64,000 nt of DNA from Candidatus Moraniibacteriota bacterium (GCA_963743885.1 CAVURJ010000002.1:177706-241705); one strand, 5' to 3'; counted from the first letter of the stretch, positions 27,020 to 36,675 are shown. Notes: generated by a model not told the origin, from the sequence alone. A program made the numbers and translations.

Positions 27020-27094
27020 TTTTTGTTTTGAGGATTTTTGATAAGAAAAAACCGCCGCACAGCTTGGCTGGCGACGGCGTTGTGCCCGGGGTGG

Positions 27095-27901
27095 CTAACT
27101 GAAGAACGCGGGGACCTGGTTGACTTCGACGAGCAGGCCTTCGTTCGAGTGGCGCGGGCGATGTATCTCCTTCCATCCGGAATCCCAGAAGGGTGTTTCG
27201 GCAGGGCGGATCTTGCGCACCCACTTGGCGTACGGGTGGATTTTTCCGCTGTTCGGATCCTTGCGCGTGTAGTGCATGATCTCGCAGTTGTGGATGCGGT
27301 CCGCGGGGTCGTCGGAAGAGACGAGCTCGCGGAAGCGTTGCTGCGAGGGGCGTTCGAGGCGGACCTGGAAGCCGCGCATCACTTCGCCGTGACAGACGAG
27401 GATGACATTTTCATAACCGCTGCATTCGCGGTGCAGCGTGAGGAGTACGCGGTCGATGCGCATACAGAGGCTCATGAACGATTCGCCATTGGGCGGACGC
27501 CAGAAGAACGGCTCGATACTCCGCATCTTGAGCGCGGCAGCGAAGCGCGCATTGCGCTCGTTCTCGGGAGCGATATCGATGTCGCCCCAGTCGCGCTCGG
27601 TGAGGTACGGATCGCTGAGCCAGTCGCTGAACGGCAGGCCAAGCAGGGCGGCGGTCTCTTTGGCACGGATGTATTCCGACACGTAGTAGCGGTCGAAGGC
27701 GACTGCAAGATGCTTCTGGATCCAGCGGCCGGTGTCTTCTGCTTGTTGGCGCCCGAGGGCGGTGAGCCGGAAACTGCCGGAGTGGCGGTTGCGGAATTCC
27801 TCGGAATAGGCGGAATGGTCGCCGGCCTCGGAGAGTCGTTTGGCGGCGTTGCCTTCGGATTGTCCATGGCGGACCAGGATGAGATTGACGGGCAGTGTCA
27901 T
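27095..27901 (-). CDS. histidine phosphatase superfamily (phosphoglycerate mutase-like) protein
   Basis: LILVRHGQSEGN RHG motif, a downstream catalytic His (VCHGEVMRG) and the expected length. The + ORF 27038..28000 is antisense to it and rejected. Confidence 0.82.
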   Translation of the reverse strand: MTLPVNLILVRHGQSEGNAAKRLSEAGDHSAYSEEFRNRHSGSFRLTALGRQQAEDTGRWIQKHLAVAFDRYYVSEYIRAKETAALLGLPFSDWLSDPYLTERDWGDIDIAPENERNARFAAALKMRSIEPFFWRPPNGESFMSLCMRIDRVLLTLHRECSGYENVILVCHGEVMRGFQVRLERPSQQRFRELVSSDDPADRIHNCEIMHYTRKDPNSGKIHPYAKWVRKIRPAETPFWDSGWKEIHRPRHSNEGLLVEVNQVPAFFS

Positions 27902-28037
27902 GGGAAAGGACTCCTTTTCCTTCGGTTGAAGTGTCTCTACTCAACTACGGAAAAGCAGTCTTGTCAATGGTCGGGTAGTTTCTGGATGGTGGTATACTAG
28001 TATCAGCTAGCCTAATCAGTAACCTACATCATATTCT

Positions 28038-28934
28038 ATGCCACGGATTACCCGTCCGGACGGACAGATCGATCCGGAGAAGCTCAAGGAGAGCATCGAG
28101 CAGTGGAAGGCGCCTGTCATGGTCGTCATCGCGCTCGTCTTCTTTTCCGGCCCACTCTCGGCCATCCTAAGTAGTATGTATCTCACTATGGAAACTATCA
28201 TTCTCATCGCCGCAGTCGTCGTGTTGCTTTTCTCAATCAAGCAGATCAATCAGTACGAGCGCGGGATCAAATTTACGATCGGGAAATTTACCGGCCTGAT
28301 GGCTCCCGGCTGGCGGCTTGTCATTCCGGTCTTCCAGTCGTATCAGAAGATCGATATGCGTGTGCGCGCGGTGGACGTGCCGAATCAGGAGGCTATCACC
28401 AAGGACAATATCTCGGTCACGGTGAACGCTGTCATCTACTACAAGATTTCTGAGGCAGAGAAGGCGATCCTCGAGGTGGAGGACGTGTACTACGCGGTGT
28501 CACAGCTGGCGCAGACGACGATGCGTAATGTCGTCGGAGAAGTCGATCTCGATGAGCTTTTGTCCAAGCGCGATGCTATCGCTGAGCGTATCCGGGCCAT
28601 CGTGGATCAGGCGACGGATGTCTGGGGCGTCAAAGTCAATTCTGTCGAGCTCAAGGATGTGACGCTGCCGGAGGAGATGAAGCGTGTGATCGGCAAGCAG
28701 GCTGAGGCAGAGCGTGAGAAGCGCGCGGTCATCATCAAGGCCGAGGGCGAAGTCATCGCGGCCGAGAATCTTGCCAAGGCGGCGACGATCCTGTCGAGTG
28801 CGGACGGGGCGCTCCATCTGCGTACGCTCAATACGCTCAATGATGTCTCGTCGGACCAGTCCAACACCATTGTCTTCGCGACGCCGATCGAGATCCTGCG
28901 CGCCTTCGACCGGCTCGGCAGGAAGGGGGAATAG
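28038..28934 (+). CDS. SPFH/band-7 (stomatin/HflC-like) membrane protein
   Basis: N-terminal TM helices, then the SPFH core (QYERGIKFTIGKF ... ISVTVNAVIYYKI ... coiled coil EAEREKRAVIIKAEGE). Confidence 0.88.
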   Translation: MPRITRPDGQIDPEKLKESIEQWKAPVMVVIALVFFSGPLSAILSSMYLTMETIILIAAVVVLLFSIKQINQYERGIKFTIGKFTGLMAPGWRLVIPVFQSYQKIDMRVRAVDVPNQEAITKDNISVTVNAVIYYKISEAEKAILEVEDVYYAVSQLAQTTMRNVVGEVDLDELLSKRDAIAERIRAIVDQATDVWGVKVNSVELKDVTLPEEMKRVIGKQAEAEREKRAVIIKAEGEVIAAENLAKAATILSSADGALHLRTLNTLNDVSSDQSNTIVFATPIEILRAFDRLGRKGE

Positions 28935-29062
28935 CGGACAAACGAGGAGGACGACATGTAAAAACCCAGCTCAAGGGCTAGGTTTTTGTTTTTTGGTTTG
29001 AGAGGACCTTGCTTCGCTTTGGCTTGTAGGGCGGGTAGAGGCGTCGGAAATTTGCGAAACCA

Positions 29063-29094
29063 TTGACAATGGAGGGTGGTCATGGGCGTATACT
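29063..29094 (+). promoter_or_regulatory. sigma70-type promoter TTGACA-N20-TATACT upstream of the cupin gene
   Basis: ttgacaatggagggtggtcatgggcgtatact; the spacer is slightly long. Confidence 0.45.
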
Positions 29095-29129
29095 GGGGGT
29101 GGAGATAACTTTTTAGAAACGCTACGAGT

Positions 29130-29531
29130 ATGAAAAAAGGATACAAGGCAAATATCGAGCAGCTGACGGCTGAGAACACAAATTTTCGTCAGGTACTCTA
29201 TACCGCCAAGGATTGTCAGCTCGTCCTCATGTCGCTCGTTCCGGGCGGAGAGATCGGGCTGGAGACGCATGACGAAGGGGATCAGTTCTTCCGTTTTGAG
29301 AAGGGCGAGGGCAAGGTGATCATCGACGAGACAGAATACGAGGTGTCGGATGGCGATGCAGTCATCGTCCCGATGGGTGCCAGGCACAATGTCATCAATA
29401 CCTCGGAGACCGAGGCGCTCAAGATGTATACGATCTATGCTCCGCCGCATCACAAGGATGGCATCATCCGTGCGACGCGTGCCGAGGCAGAAGCCGACGG
29501 TCCAGAGTTTGACGGTGTAACGACTGAATAG
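29130..29531 (+). CDS. cupin domain protein
   Basis: The two-His motif GLETHDEGDQFFRFEKGEGKV...GARHNVINTS is typical of the cupin double-stranded beta-helix. Preceded by TTGACA (29063) and TATACT (29089). Confidence 0.78.
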   Translation: MKKGYKANIEQLTAENTNFRQVLYTAKDCQLVLMSLVPGGEIGLETHDEGDQFFRFEKGEGKVIIDETEYEVSDGDAVIVPMGARHNVINTSETEALKMYTIYAPPHHKDGIIRATRAEAEADGPEFDGVTTE

Positions 29532-29677
29532 TAGGGGGAGAGAAAACCATCGGCAAGCGCCGATGGTTTTTGCACATTCTGATGAGCACTCGCGTAGCAG
29601 GATTTCGCAGGGTGAATATTGTGCTATTTTTTGCTTGATGTATACTATAGTATGTAAGTATAGTAAACATTAAAATT

Positions 29678-30139
29678 ATGAAAAAGAAAACGAGGGGAGA
29701 AATCGTGATCTATCAGGCGAAATCTGGTGCCATCGAACTGCGCGGAGATTTCGGCAAGGAAACCATGTGGGCAAGTCTTGATCAGATGACCGCAGTCTTC
29801 GGCCGTGATAAGTCTGTCATATCTCGGCATATAAAGAATATCTTCAAGGAGGGCGAGTTAAGGCGTGATTCAGTTGTTGCATTTTTTGCAACAACTGCGA
29901 AAGATGGGAAAACATACAATGTCGAATACTTCAATCTTGATGTAGTTTTGTCGGTTGGTTATAGGGTCAATTCAAAGACGGCGACTCAGTTCCATCAGTG
30001 GGCGACCAAGACGCTGCGCGAGCATATCACCCGCGGGTATACCATCAATCGCCGCCAGGTTGTCAAGAACTACGATACGTTCCTGAAGTCGATCGCGGAC
30101 ATCCAGGCGCTTTTGTCGGAACATGTATATAGTTTCTGA
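29678..30139 (+). CDS. RhuM-family (virulence protein RhuM / Fic-associated DNA-binding) N-terminal domain protein
   Basis: IVIYQAKSGAIELRGDFGKETMWASLDQMTAVFGRDKSVISRHIKNIFKEGEL ... YNVEYFNLDVVLSVGYRVNSKTATQFHQWATKTL closely follows the RhuM N-terminal domain. At 153 aa it is about half the length of typical RhuM proteins. AT-rich gene and upstream region. Confidence 0.85.
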   Translation: MKKKTRGEIVIYQAKSGAIELRGDFGKETMWASLDQMTAVFGRDKSVISRHIKNIFKEGELRRDSVVAFFATTAKDGKTYNVEYFNLDVVLSVGYRVNSKTATQFHQWATKTLREHITRGYTINRRQVVKNYDTFLKSIADIQALLSEHVYSF

Positions 30140-30152
30140 GATAGCTACTGTC

Positions 30153-30201
30153 CTCATGAAATCCGACTTTGTCGGTCCGCCTATTGGCGGAATTTCATAG
30201 G
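30153..30201 (-). ncRNA. REP-like hairpin element, copy C (reverse orientation)
   Basis: The reverse complement reads cctatgaaat[tccgccaataggcgga][ccgacaaagtcgg]atttcatgag. The second inner hairpin, ccagc/gctgg in A, becomes ccgac/gtcgg here, which is a compensatory change. Confidence 0.55.
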
Positions 30202-30266
30202 CAAATCTTGACACTTTGTGGCGGAGGCGTAGGATGGCGGTATGTTCTTTTCTGGAGGACTGTATC

Positions 30267-30761
30267 ATGTCCGAATTCAATCGTTTGTTCGAAGTATTTC
30301 AGAAGCGCAGTCCCAAGGAGGCTGCCGAGTGGATGCGGGATGTCAACGAGCTCGGCGTTTTTGATGAGGTGCGGTGTCTCGCCGATGTGTACCGGTGCCA
30401 GAACGAAGAGATCCATGACACGTGCACGAAGTGCAATTGTGACGTGCCGTGCAGCTACAGTCAGCGCGAGATCAATTGGATCGCGCGGGGCGGCCCGTGG
30501 AGCTTTTCGTTTGCAGAGAGCGGTATCCAGGATCCCGTGTCCTACGAGGCCTGGGATATGTTTGCCCTCCTGCTCTCCTGTACCGAGCATGCGCTCGAGA
30601 AGGAACGCGGCATGTGCGGGTGCCATCTGACGCCTGAACAGCTTTGGGATCCGGATGGTGCCGAATGGCACGACCGCCTCGCGAAGCGCTTCGCTCCTGT
30701 CCGCCAACCGACCGCCCAAGACGGTTATCGGCCGATTGAGGGATACGCAGCCTGTCAGTGA
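30267..30761 (+). CDS. Cys/Trp-rich hypothetical protein
   Basis: Start at MSEFNRLF. High GC3 coding signal. Multiple CxxC pairs (CTKCNCDVPC, CGC). The antisense ORF 30195..30848 is rejected. Confidence 0.5.
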   Translation: MSEFNRLFEVFQKRSPKEAAEWMRDVNELGVFDEVRCLADVYRCQNEEIHDTCTKCNCDVPCSYSQREINWIARGGPWSFSFAESGIQDPVSYEAWDMFALLLSCTEHALEKERGMCGCHLTPEQLWDPDGAEWHDRLAKRFAPVRQPTAQDGYRPIEGYAACQ

Positions 30762-30837
30762 CAGGCTGTTTTTCTTTGTCCCTGCCGGACTTGCCAAAGA
30801 GGAGTATAATAGAGGTGTAATCATTAAGGCAAAACGT

Positions 30838-31041
30838 ATGCGATGCAACGTAGGCGGCGCGGATCGGTGGATCCGGATTGTCCTCGGAGCGGCGCTAGCG
30901 GTCTATGGCTACACCCAGATGGTCTGGTGGCTGGCTGCGATCGGCGTGGTCGTGCTGCTGACGGGTGTCTTCCGCTTCTGCGGATTGTACACGCTCTTCG
31001 GCATTTCGACCTGTAAGCCTGAGGCGGAGAAGGGGGTGTAG
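30838..31041 (+). CDS. DUF2892 (YgaP-like) small membrane protein
   Basis: Start at MRCNVGGADRWIRIVLGAALAVYGY...FRFCGLYTLFGISTC; two-TM DUF2892 pattern. Confidence 0.62.
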   Translation: MRCNVGGADRWIRIVLGAALAVYGYTQMVWWLAAIGVVVLLTGVFRFCGLYTLFGISTCKPEAEKGV

Positions 31042-31102
31042 GCTTTTGCATGCTGTTTCTGCAGCATGGTATCTAGCTTTAGTTCATCACGAGAAAAATA
31101 GT

Positions 31103-31261
31103 ATGGAAAAGGTGAAAATCGAGAATCATATGTTTTCGGGCGGACTCTGGTGCGCAGCGTGGCTCTTCACGATCGGCTTTCTGCACCTGACCTTCTGGCA
31201 GGGCGTGCTGGCGATCGCCATCTGGCCGTATTATCTTGGTGTCGCCCTTAGTCTGTTGTAG
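31103..31261 (+). CDS. small membrane protein
   Basis: 52 aa, MEKVKIENHMFSGGLWCAAWLFTIGFLHLTFWQGVLAIAIWPYYLGVALSLL. Weak call. Confidence 0.3.
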   Translation: MEKVKIENHMFSGGLWCAAWLFTIGFLHLTFWQGVLAIAIWPYYLGVALSLL

Positions 31262-31264
31262 GTT

Positions 31265-31816
31265 ATGCCGATTGCCAAGAAAGGTATCTATGTCGCTCTG
31301 ATCCGCGGGATCAATATGGGCGGCAAGAATACGGTGAAGATGGAGGCGCTCCGCACGGCGTGCGAGGCGGCCGGCCTCACATCCGTCGTGACGTTTATCC
31401 AGAGCGGCAACGTCGTTTTTGAGTCGGGCAAGAGTGCCCAGGTGCTCGAGAAGCTTTTCGTGGGAATCCTCGAGAAGGAGTTTGCTGTGAAGACAGTGGT
31501 CGTCGTCATTGGGGCGGCGGAGTATCGCGCCATCGTCCGGCATTTTCCGAAGGCGTTTTCGGTGCATCCGGACTGGAGGCATGATGTCTTCTTCCTCGGG
31601 TCGGCCGAAGAGGCTCGGGCGATCGCGAAGGAGTTCGCTGGTCAGGCGGACGGACTGATCGTCTCATCCTACGGCCAGGCAGTCTACTGGTCGCGCGATC
31701 GCGAAGATGGCGCACCAGATAAGTCCGTCAGGAAGCTCCTCGCACACCCGGCCTACAAGCGTATGACCATCCGTAACAACCGCACGACAGAGAAGATTAC
31801 CAGCCTTTTTTCTTGA
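31265..31816 (+). CDS. DUF1697 domain protein
   Basis: The N-terminus YVALIRGINMGGKNTVKMEALR is the DUF1697 signature. Confidence 0.82.
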   Translation: MPIAKKGIYVALIRGINMGGKNTVKMEALRTACEAAGLTSVVTFIQSGNVVFESGKSAQVLEKLFVGILEKEFAVKTVVVVIGAAEYRAIVRHFPKAFSVHPDWRHDVFFLGSAEEARAIAKEFAGQADGLIVSSYGQAVYWSRDREDGAPDKSVRKLLAHPAYKRMTIRNNRTTEKITSLFS

Positions 31817-31820
31817 AAAT

Positions 31821-32102
31821 ATGATTGATCAGGTTTCTTTTATCCTCGCGCTCTTCGCTGCTATCAATCTTGTGGCTTTTTTCGCGATGCTGCTCGACAA
31901 GCAGCGTTCGAAGCGATCCGGGGCGGAGCGGATCTCTGAAGGGATGCTCTTCTTCATGGCGGCGATGTTCGGGAGCGTCGGGGTGTATCTCGGCATGTTT
32001 GTATTTCGGCATAAGACGCGCCAGTGGCATTTCATCATCGGTATTCCCGCACTCATCGCCGAGCAGCTCGCGCTCCTGTATCTGGTATACTGGTATCTAT
32101 AA
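31821..32102 (+). CDS. DUF1294 membrane protein
   Basis: LDKQRSKRSGAERISEGMLFFMAAMFGSVGVYLGMFVFRHKTRQW matches DUF1294. Confidence 0.78.
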   Translation: MIDQVSFILALFAAINLVAFFAMLLDKQRSKRSGAERISEGMLFFMAAMFGSVGVYLGMFVFRHKTRQWHFIIGIPALIAEQLALLYLVYWYL

Positions 32103-32105
32103 TTC

Positions 32106-32873
32106 TTGCGGAAAATAATGATGGACCGAAATGATCTCATATTCCTCGATACCGAGACGACCGGCACAGGGCCGGAAGACCGGCTGTGCCAGGTAGCGTA
32201 TGCCTACGGTGGGCGCGAGGCTGAAGGACTCTTCAAGCCGCCGCTGCCGATCTCGATTGATGCGATGGCGGTGACGCATATCACCAACAGGATGGTGGCG
32301 GATAAGGAGGCGTTCGCTGAGTCGCAGATGAAGCGTGACCTGGAAGCGGTCTTCGCTTCGGGTGGGATCCTGGTGGCGCACAATGCGAAGTTTGATGCGG
32401 AGATGCTCCGGCACGAGGGGTTCAACGTCAAGGAGATGATCGATACCTTCAAGCTCGCGCACTTCCTGGATACGGCGGGCGAGATACCACGGCACAACCT
32501 GCAGTATCTCCGGTACTACCACGATCTCCAGGTGGAGGATGTGGTAGCGCATGATGCGTTGGGGGACGTGCGTGTGCTCAAGCGACTTTTCGATTTCTAT
32601 TTCGAGAGGATACTTGCGACCTTGGGCGATGAGGAGTCGGCGCTCCGCGAGATGCTTGCGATCTCCGCCCGCCCGATCCTCATCAAGAAGTTCAACTTCG
32701 GCAAATATAGCGGCATGGAGGTGAAGCAGGTGATGGAGCAGGATGCCGACTACTTGAGGTGGCTCTTCAACCAGAAGGTGATGGCGCGTGAGCAGGGCGG
32801 AGAAGATGACGAGAATTGGATCTATACGCTCGATTATTACTTGAACCCGAAAAAAGAAGGGACATTGTTCTGA
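32106..32873 (+). CDS. DnaQ-like 3-prime-5-prime exonuclease fused to a DUF3820-like C-terminal domain
   Basis: Exo I FLDTETTG, HNAKFDAEML, Exo III HDALGDVRVL. The C-terminal FNFGKYSGMEVKQVMEQDADYLRWL resembles DUF3820. Confidence 0.8.
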   Translation: MRKIMMDRNDLIFLDTETTGTGPEDRLCQVAYAYGGREAEGLFKPPLPISIDAMAVTHITNRMVADKEAFAESQMKRDLEAVFASGGILVAHNAKFDAEMLRHEGFNVKEMIDTFKLAHFLDTAGEIPRHNLQYLRYYHDLQVEDVVAHDALGDVRVLKRLFDFYFERILATLGDEESALREMLAISARPILIKKFNFGKYSGMEVKQVMEQDADYLRWLFNQKVMAREQGGEDDENWIYTLDYYLNPKKEGTLF

Positions 32874-32877
32874 TGCT

Positions 32878-33213
32878 ATGGCGACGAAAGTCTCGACGAT
32901 CGAATATATCGAGGATCAGCTGGCAGAGGTGCCGGAGGTGCGGTCGCGCAAGATGTTTGGCGAGTACGCGCTTTATGTCGGGGACAAGGTGGTGGCACTC
33001 GTTTGCGACGATACGCTCTATGTGAAGATCACAGAGCCGGGCCGGGCATATGTCGGGGATCGGTATGAGGAGGGGACAGCGTATCCGGGAGCCAAGCCGT
33101 CGATGCTCGTCGATGCCGATCTGATCGAGGACCGTGAGTGGCTCACCGACCTCATCCGTATCACGGCGGAAGCGCTACCGATGCTCAAGTCCAAGAAGCG
33201 GAAAGAATCGTAG
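32878..33213 (+). CDS. TfoX/Sxy N-terminal domain protein
   Basis: RKMFGEYALYVGDKVVALVCDDTLYVK is the TfoX_N pattern. Confidence 0.68.
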   Translation: MATKVSTIEYIEDQLAEVPEVRSRKMFGEYALYVGDKVVALVCDDTLYVKITEPGRAYVGDRYEEGTAYPGAKPSMLVDADLIEDREWLTDLIRITAEALPMLKSKKRKES

Positions 33214-33426
33214 GGGCGGCGTAGTCTGGGCCGAGCCTTGACGTGCTAGTAGGATTGCTGTACACTTCTCTTTTGTCGGCCTGAGTGCCGATTTTGCTTT
33301 CTAGATCCATCCTGGATCTGGAGCGATGTTCCTCGAAAAAGGAGAGTACCCATGCAAAAGCAGACCCGCCAGCGCGGCCATCAGCAGTAGACGTTCAATG
33401 TTGCCATCGGCGGCCACAACATCCCC

Positions 33427-33648
33427 ATGACTCGCGACCAAGTCCTCGCCAACGGCCAGGGCTGGAAGCGCTGCCACGGCGAACACGCTGGCACCCAGGT
33501 CAACTCGCTCAGCATCAAGCGCATCGGCAACAAGGTCTTCCTCAAGGACAAGAGCAAGCTGTCCGGCTACGACGTCCACGAACTGGCTGTCGCCATGCCC
33601 GAGATCCAGACCCTGATCGACGCCGCCGACATGCCTGGCAACTCCTGA
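33427..33648 (+). CDS. small hypothetical ORF with foreign (very high GC3) codon usage
   Basis: 73 aa. Nearly every codon ends in G or C, unlike the rest of the window. Sits in a 0.55-kb gap. Confidence 0.3.
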   Translation: MTRDQVLANGQGWKRCHGEHAGTQVNSLSIKRIGNKVFLKDKSKLSGYDVHELAVAMPEIQTLIDAADMPGNS

Positions 33649-33756
33649 CCCACGCCCCGGCCGGCGCTTCCTGACAGAGGCTCCTGCCAAACCGCTCCCC
33701 ATGCGTCCATCGCGATGCATCGGGGAGTTTTGTTTTTTTAGTATCTCTCGTCGGGG

Positions 33757-33765
33757 GTGTATAAT
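33757..33765 (+). promoter_or_regulatory. extended -10 (gtgtataat) positioned for a leaderless transcript of the CrtI-like gene
   Basis: TATAAT ends 7 nt before the ATG at 33772. Confidence 0.5.
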
Positions 33766-33771
33766 AAAAAT

Positions 33772-35268
33772 ATGAAACAGAAACCGAAGATCGCTATCAT
33801 CGGAGCGGGGCCGGGCGGACTGACCGCTGGGATGCTGCTTGCGCATCGCGGGTTCGACGTGACTATATTTGAGAAGCGTGATGGCTGCGGCGGGCGCAAT
33901 GCCTCGTTCACACTGCCGGGCGGCTTCGTCTTTGATCTCGGGCCGACCTTCCTCATGATGAAGTACGTGCTCGATGAGGTCTTCGCTGAGACAGGGCGGA
34001 AGAGCAGCGACTATCTCTCGTTCACCAGGCTTGCGCCGATGTACCGGCTGTCTTTCGTGGACAAGTATATTGACATGCATGACAACCAGGAGCGGATGCG
34101 CGCCGAATGGGAGCGCGTCTTCCCGGATGAGGTTGGCGGCTTGGAGCGGTTTGAGCGGCGTGAGAGCAAGCGCCTGGCGCGGCTCCTCCCGTGCCTCCTC
34201 AAGGACTACGGCAGCTTTACGCGGCTGTATGACAAGGCCTTCCTTCGGGCGATCCCACATTTCTCCGTCGGTCGGTCGCTCTTCGATGTACTCGGGGATT
34301 ATTTCAAGAGTTCCGATGCACGCATTTGCTTTACCTTTCAGTCCAAGTATCTCGGCATGTCGCCGTGGGAATGTCCCGGAGCCTTCGGTATGATCCCGTA
34401 CGTCGAGCATCGCCATGGCATCTATCACGTGGAGGGTGGCCTTTCGAAGATCTCGGAAGCGATGGCCAAGGTTGTGGAAGAGGAGGGTGGTAGGATCCGC
34501 TACGGCACGGCAGTGGAGCAGATCGTCTTCGACGGGCGGCGCGCGACCGGTGTCCGGCTCGCGGACGGTACGGAAGAATCCTTCGATCGCGTCATTATCA
34601 ATGCTGATTTCGGCCATGCGCTCACGCATCTTGTGCCGGAGGGTGCAGTGTCGAAGTATCCGCGCGAGAAAGTGGAGAGCAAGAAATACTCATGCTCGAC
34701 CTTCATGCTGTACCTGGGGCTGTCCAAGCGCTATGACCTCCGCCATCACACAATCGTCTTTGCTGAGGATTATCGGAAGAATGTCGATGAGATTTTTGGT
34801 GGGCAGCTTTCCTATCCTGATTTTTCGTTCTACGTACGTGATGCTTCGGTGACGGATGCGACGATCGCTCCGGAAGGCAAGACCGCGCTCTATGTGCTCG
34901 TACCCGCGCCCAACCGGCAGCTCGGCAAGGATATCGACTGGGCGGCCGAGACGCCGCGTATCCGCGCCCGGGTGCTCGAGCTCTTGGCATCACGTCTCGG
35001 CATGACGGATGTGGCGGAGCATATCGAAGCGGAGCGCATCGTGACGCCAGCGGATTGGGAGGAGAAGCACGATGTCATGTTTGGCGCGACGTTCAACCTG
35101 GCGCACAATCTCGGTCAGATGCTCTGGTTCCGGCCGCACAATCGTCTCGAGTCCGTGGAACATGTCTATCTCGTCGGTGGCGGGACGCACCCGGGGAGTG
35201 GCTTGCCGACTATCTATGAGTCTGGTCGCATCTCGGCTGATCTTATCCGTCGGGAATTCGGGAAATAA
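33772..35268 (+). CDS. phytoene desaturase (CrtI)-family FAD-dependent oxidoreductase, leaderless
   Basis: KIAIIGAGPGGLTAGMLLA dinucleotide fold and a CrtI-like C-terminus (GGGTHPGSGLP). TATAAT at 33760-33765 ends 7 nt before the ATG at 33772, which fits a leaderless mRNA. Confidence 0.82.
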   Translation: MKQKPKIAIIGAGPGGLTAGMLLAHRGFDVTIFEKRDGCGGRNASFTLPGGFVFDLGPTFLMMKYVLDEVFAETGRKSSDYLSFTRLAPMYRLSFVDKYIDMHDNQERMRAEWERVFPDEVGGLERFERRESKRLARLLPCLLKDYGSFTRLYDKAFLRAIPHFSVGRSLFDVLGDYFKSSDARICFTFQSKYLGMSPWECPGAFGMIPYVEHRHGIYHVEGGLSKISEAMAKVVEEEGGRIRYGTAVEQIVFDGRRATGVRLADGTEESFDRVIINADFGHALTHLVPEGAVSKYPREKVESKKYSCSTFMLYLGLSKRYDLRHHTIVFAEDYRKNVDEIFGGQLSYPDFSFYVRDASVTDATIAPEGKTALYVLVPAPNRQLGKDIDWAAETPRIRARVLELLASRLGMTDVAEHIEAERIVTPADWEEKHDVMFGATFNLAHNLGQMLWFRPHNRLESVEHVYLVGGGTHPGSGLPTIYESGRISADLIRREFGK

Positions 35269-35291
35269 TCAATATCTGAGTTGCGAGGAGT

Positions 35292-35645
35292 ATGCATGAA
35301 ATGCCGAAATTCGATATTGAGAAGAATCATAAGCTGACTAGACAGCATCTCAAGGATATCGGAAGGATAGCTACGGAAGCAGGGATTGATGAGACTCGCG
35401 CTGTCGGGTCGGATATGCCGGTACCTGAAAGCTTGGCGGAAGAGCAGCGGTCGATGATGGAAAATGTCCAGCTCTCTCTTCATCGTATGGTGATTGGTGA
35501 GGAGGGGTGTACGGAAGAGGCTTTGGAGAAGCTGTCATCCGAAGTCGACTTGATCCGATCTATGGGAAACAACACTAAGTCAATGCAGATGTACGATATC
35601 ATCGCCGCGCTTCGGAGAGAGTTATCAGCGAAGCGGGGTGGCTGA
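35292..35645 (+). CDS. hypothetical protein
   Basis: 117 aa, acidic, lower GC; no domain recognised. Confidence 0.4.
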   Translation: MHEMPKFDIEKNHKLTRQHLKDIGRIATEAGIDETRAVGSDMPVPESLAEEQRSMMENVQLSLHRMVIGEEGCTEEALEKLSSEVDLIRSMGNNTKSMQMYDIIAALRRELSAKRGG

Positions 35646-35750
35646 TTGTCTGGCCCTCCTTTACGCTTCGTTGACATTTTTTGAGAAAAATGGCATAAGG
35701 AATACACCGACGATTTGGTTCGGTTTGTTCTTGTTATAAGGAGAGAGATC

Positions 35751-36161
35751 GTGAAGAGAATATTGCTTTTGTTGCTTTGTCTGGCTTGCGTGGCGTTTTC
35801 TTTGGGGGGTTGCCTGGCTACTGCCGGTCATGTAGCCAATTATGCCAGCGACAAGCTGGGAAACTTCAGCAAGAAGCATGACCCGGGACTTGTAAAGGAT
35901 GCAACCGGCTTCGCAAGCGATGTGTACGGAGATGCTGGTAACATGGCTCTCAAGAGTGCCGGCGGCGGTCCGTCTATTTCACAGCAGCTTGCGGATCGGG
36001 ATCGCAATAAGGCCGCTTCTTCCGTCACCAAGGCGGTTCCTGGCGCGGGCAAGCCGGTCTCTAAGAGCAAAGCGCCCAATAAGGAAGTTTCCGCTGGTGG
36101 TAATCCAGTCATCAAGAAGGTTTCCCTAGAGGCGCCGACTGCGCCAGCGGGTGGCAAGTGA
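35751..36161 (+). CDS. lipoprotein
   Basis: GTG start giving MKRILLLLLCLACVAFSLGGC (lipobox LGGC), then a Gly/Ala/Lys-rich low-complexity mature region. Confidence 0.5.
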   Translation: MKRILLLLLCLACVAFSLGGCLATAGHVANYASDKLGNFSKKHDPGLVKDATGFASDVYGDAGNMALKSAGGGPSISQQLADRDRNKAASSVTKAVPGAGKPVSKSKAPNKEVSAGGNPVIKKVSLEAPTAPAGGK

Positions 36162-36398
36162 CAAGATTGAATCCGGGCCACGTCCCGAACAGGGAGGATG
36201 ACATGTGCATCCTCCTTTTTTCTTGGATGCACAGACCGTTCCTGGTAGCGGCCTTGTCCTGTATCGTCATGAGATCAGATGCGGGAGATGAAGCGAGTGC
36301 ACCAATCTATTTTCTGTCTGTACTCCCGCAATGGTGTTCTGTCGGGGGCAGGTGTATACTGCGGATATGATCATTGGTACATGATGTATATGCCGTTC

Positions 36399-36659
36399 AT
36401 GGAGAAGACGTTGTTCGATAAAGTACTCTGGCTGCTTTTCGCGCTTGCAGCGGTCGTTTTCGTGGGGAGCTATGCTTTCGGGCAGTACGTACGGTACAGG
36501 CAGAGCAATATCGAGGATCTGAATACCTGGATGGAGTGCGTGCGGACCGAGCAGTTCACTGATGAGGCGTACAAGTTTTGTCAGGCGAAGTGTAGCGAAA
36601 ACTACATGTTTAAGAAGCATTTCGATTGGGGCGATGGTCGTCCTGATACGGATGACTGA
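36399..36659 (+). CDS. small membrane-anchored protein
   Basis: MEKTLFDKVLWLLFALAAVVFVGSYAF, then a Cys-containing soluble tail. Alternative ATGs lie at 36381/36384. Confidence 0.38.
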   Translation: MEKTLFDKVLWLLFALAAVVFVGSYAFGQYVRYRQSNIEDLNTWMECVRTEQFTDEAYKFCQAKCSENYMFKKHFDWGDGRPDTDD

Positions 36660-36675
36660 TGTTTGATACCTGCTT

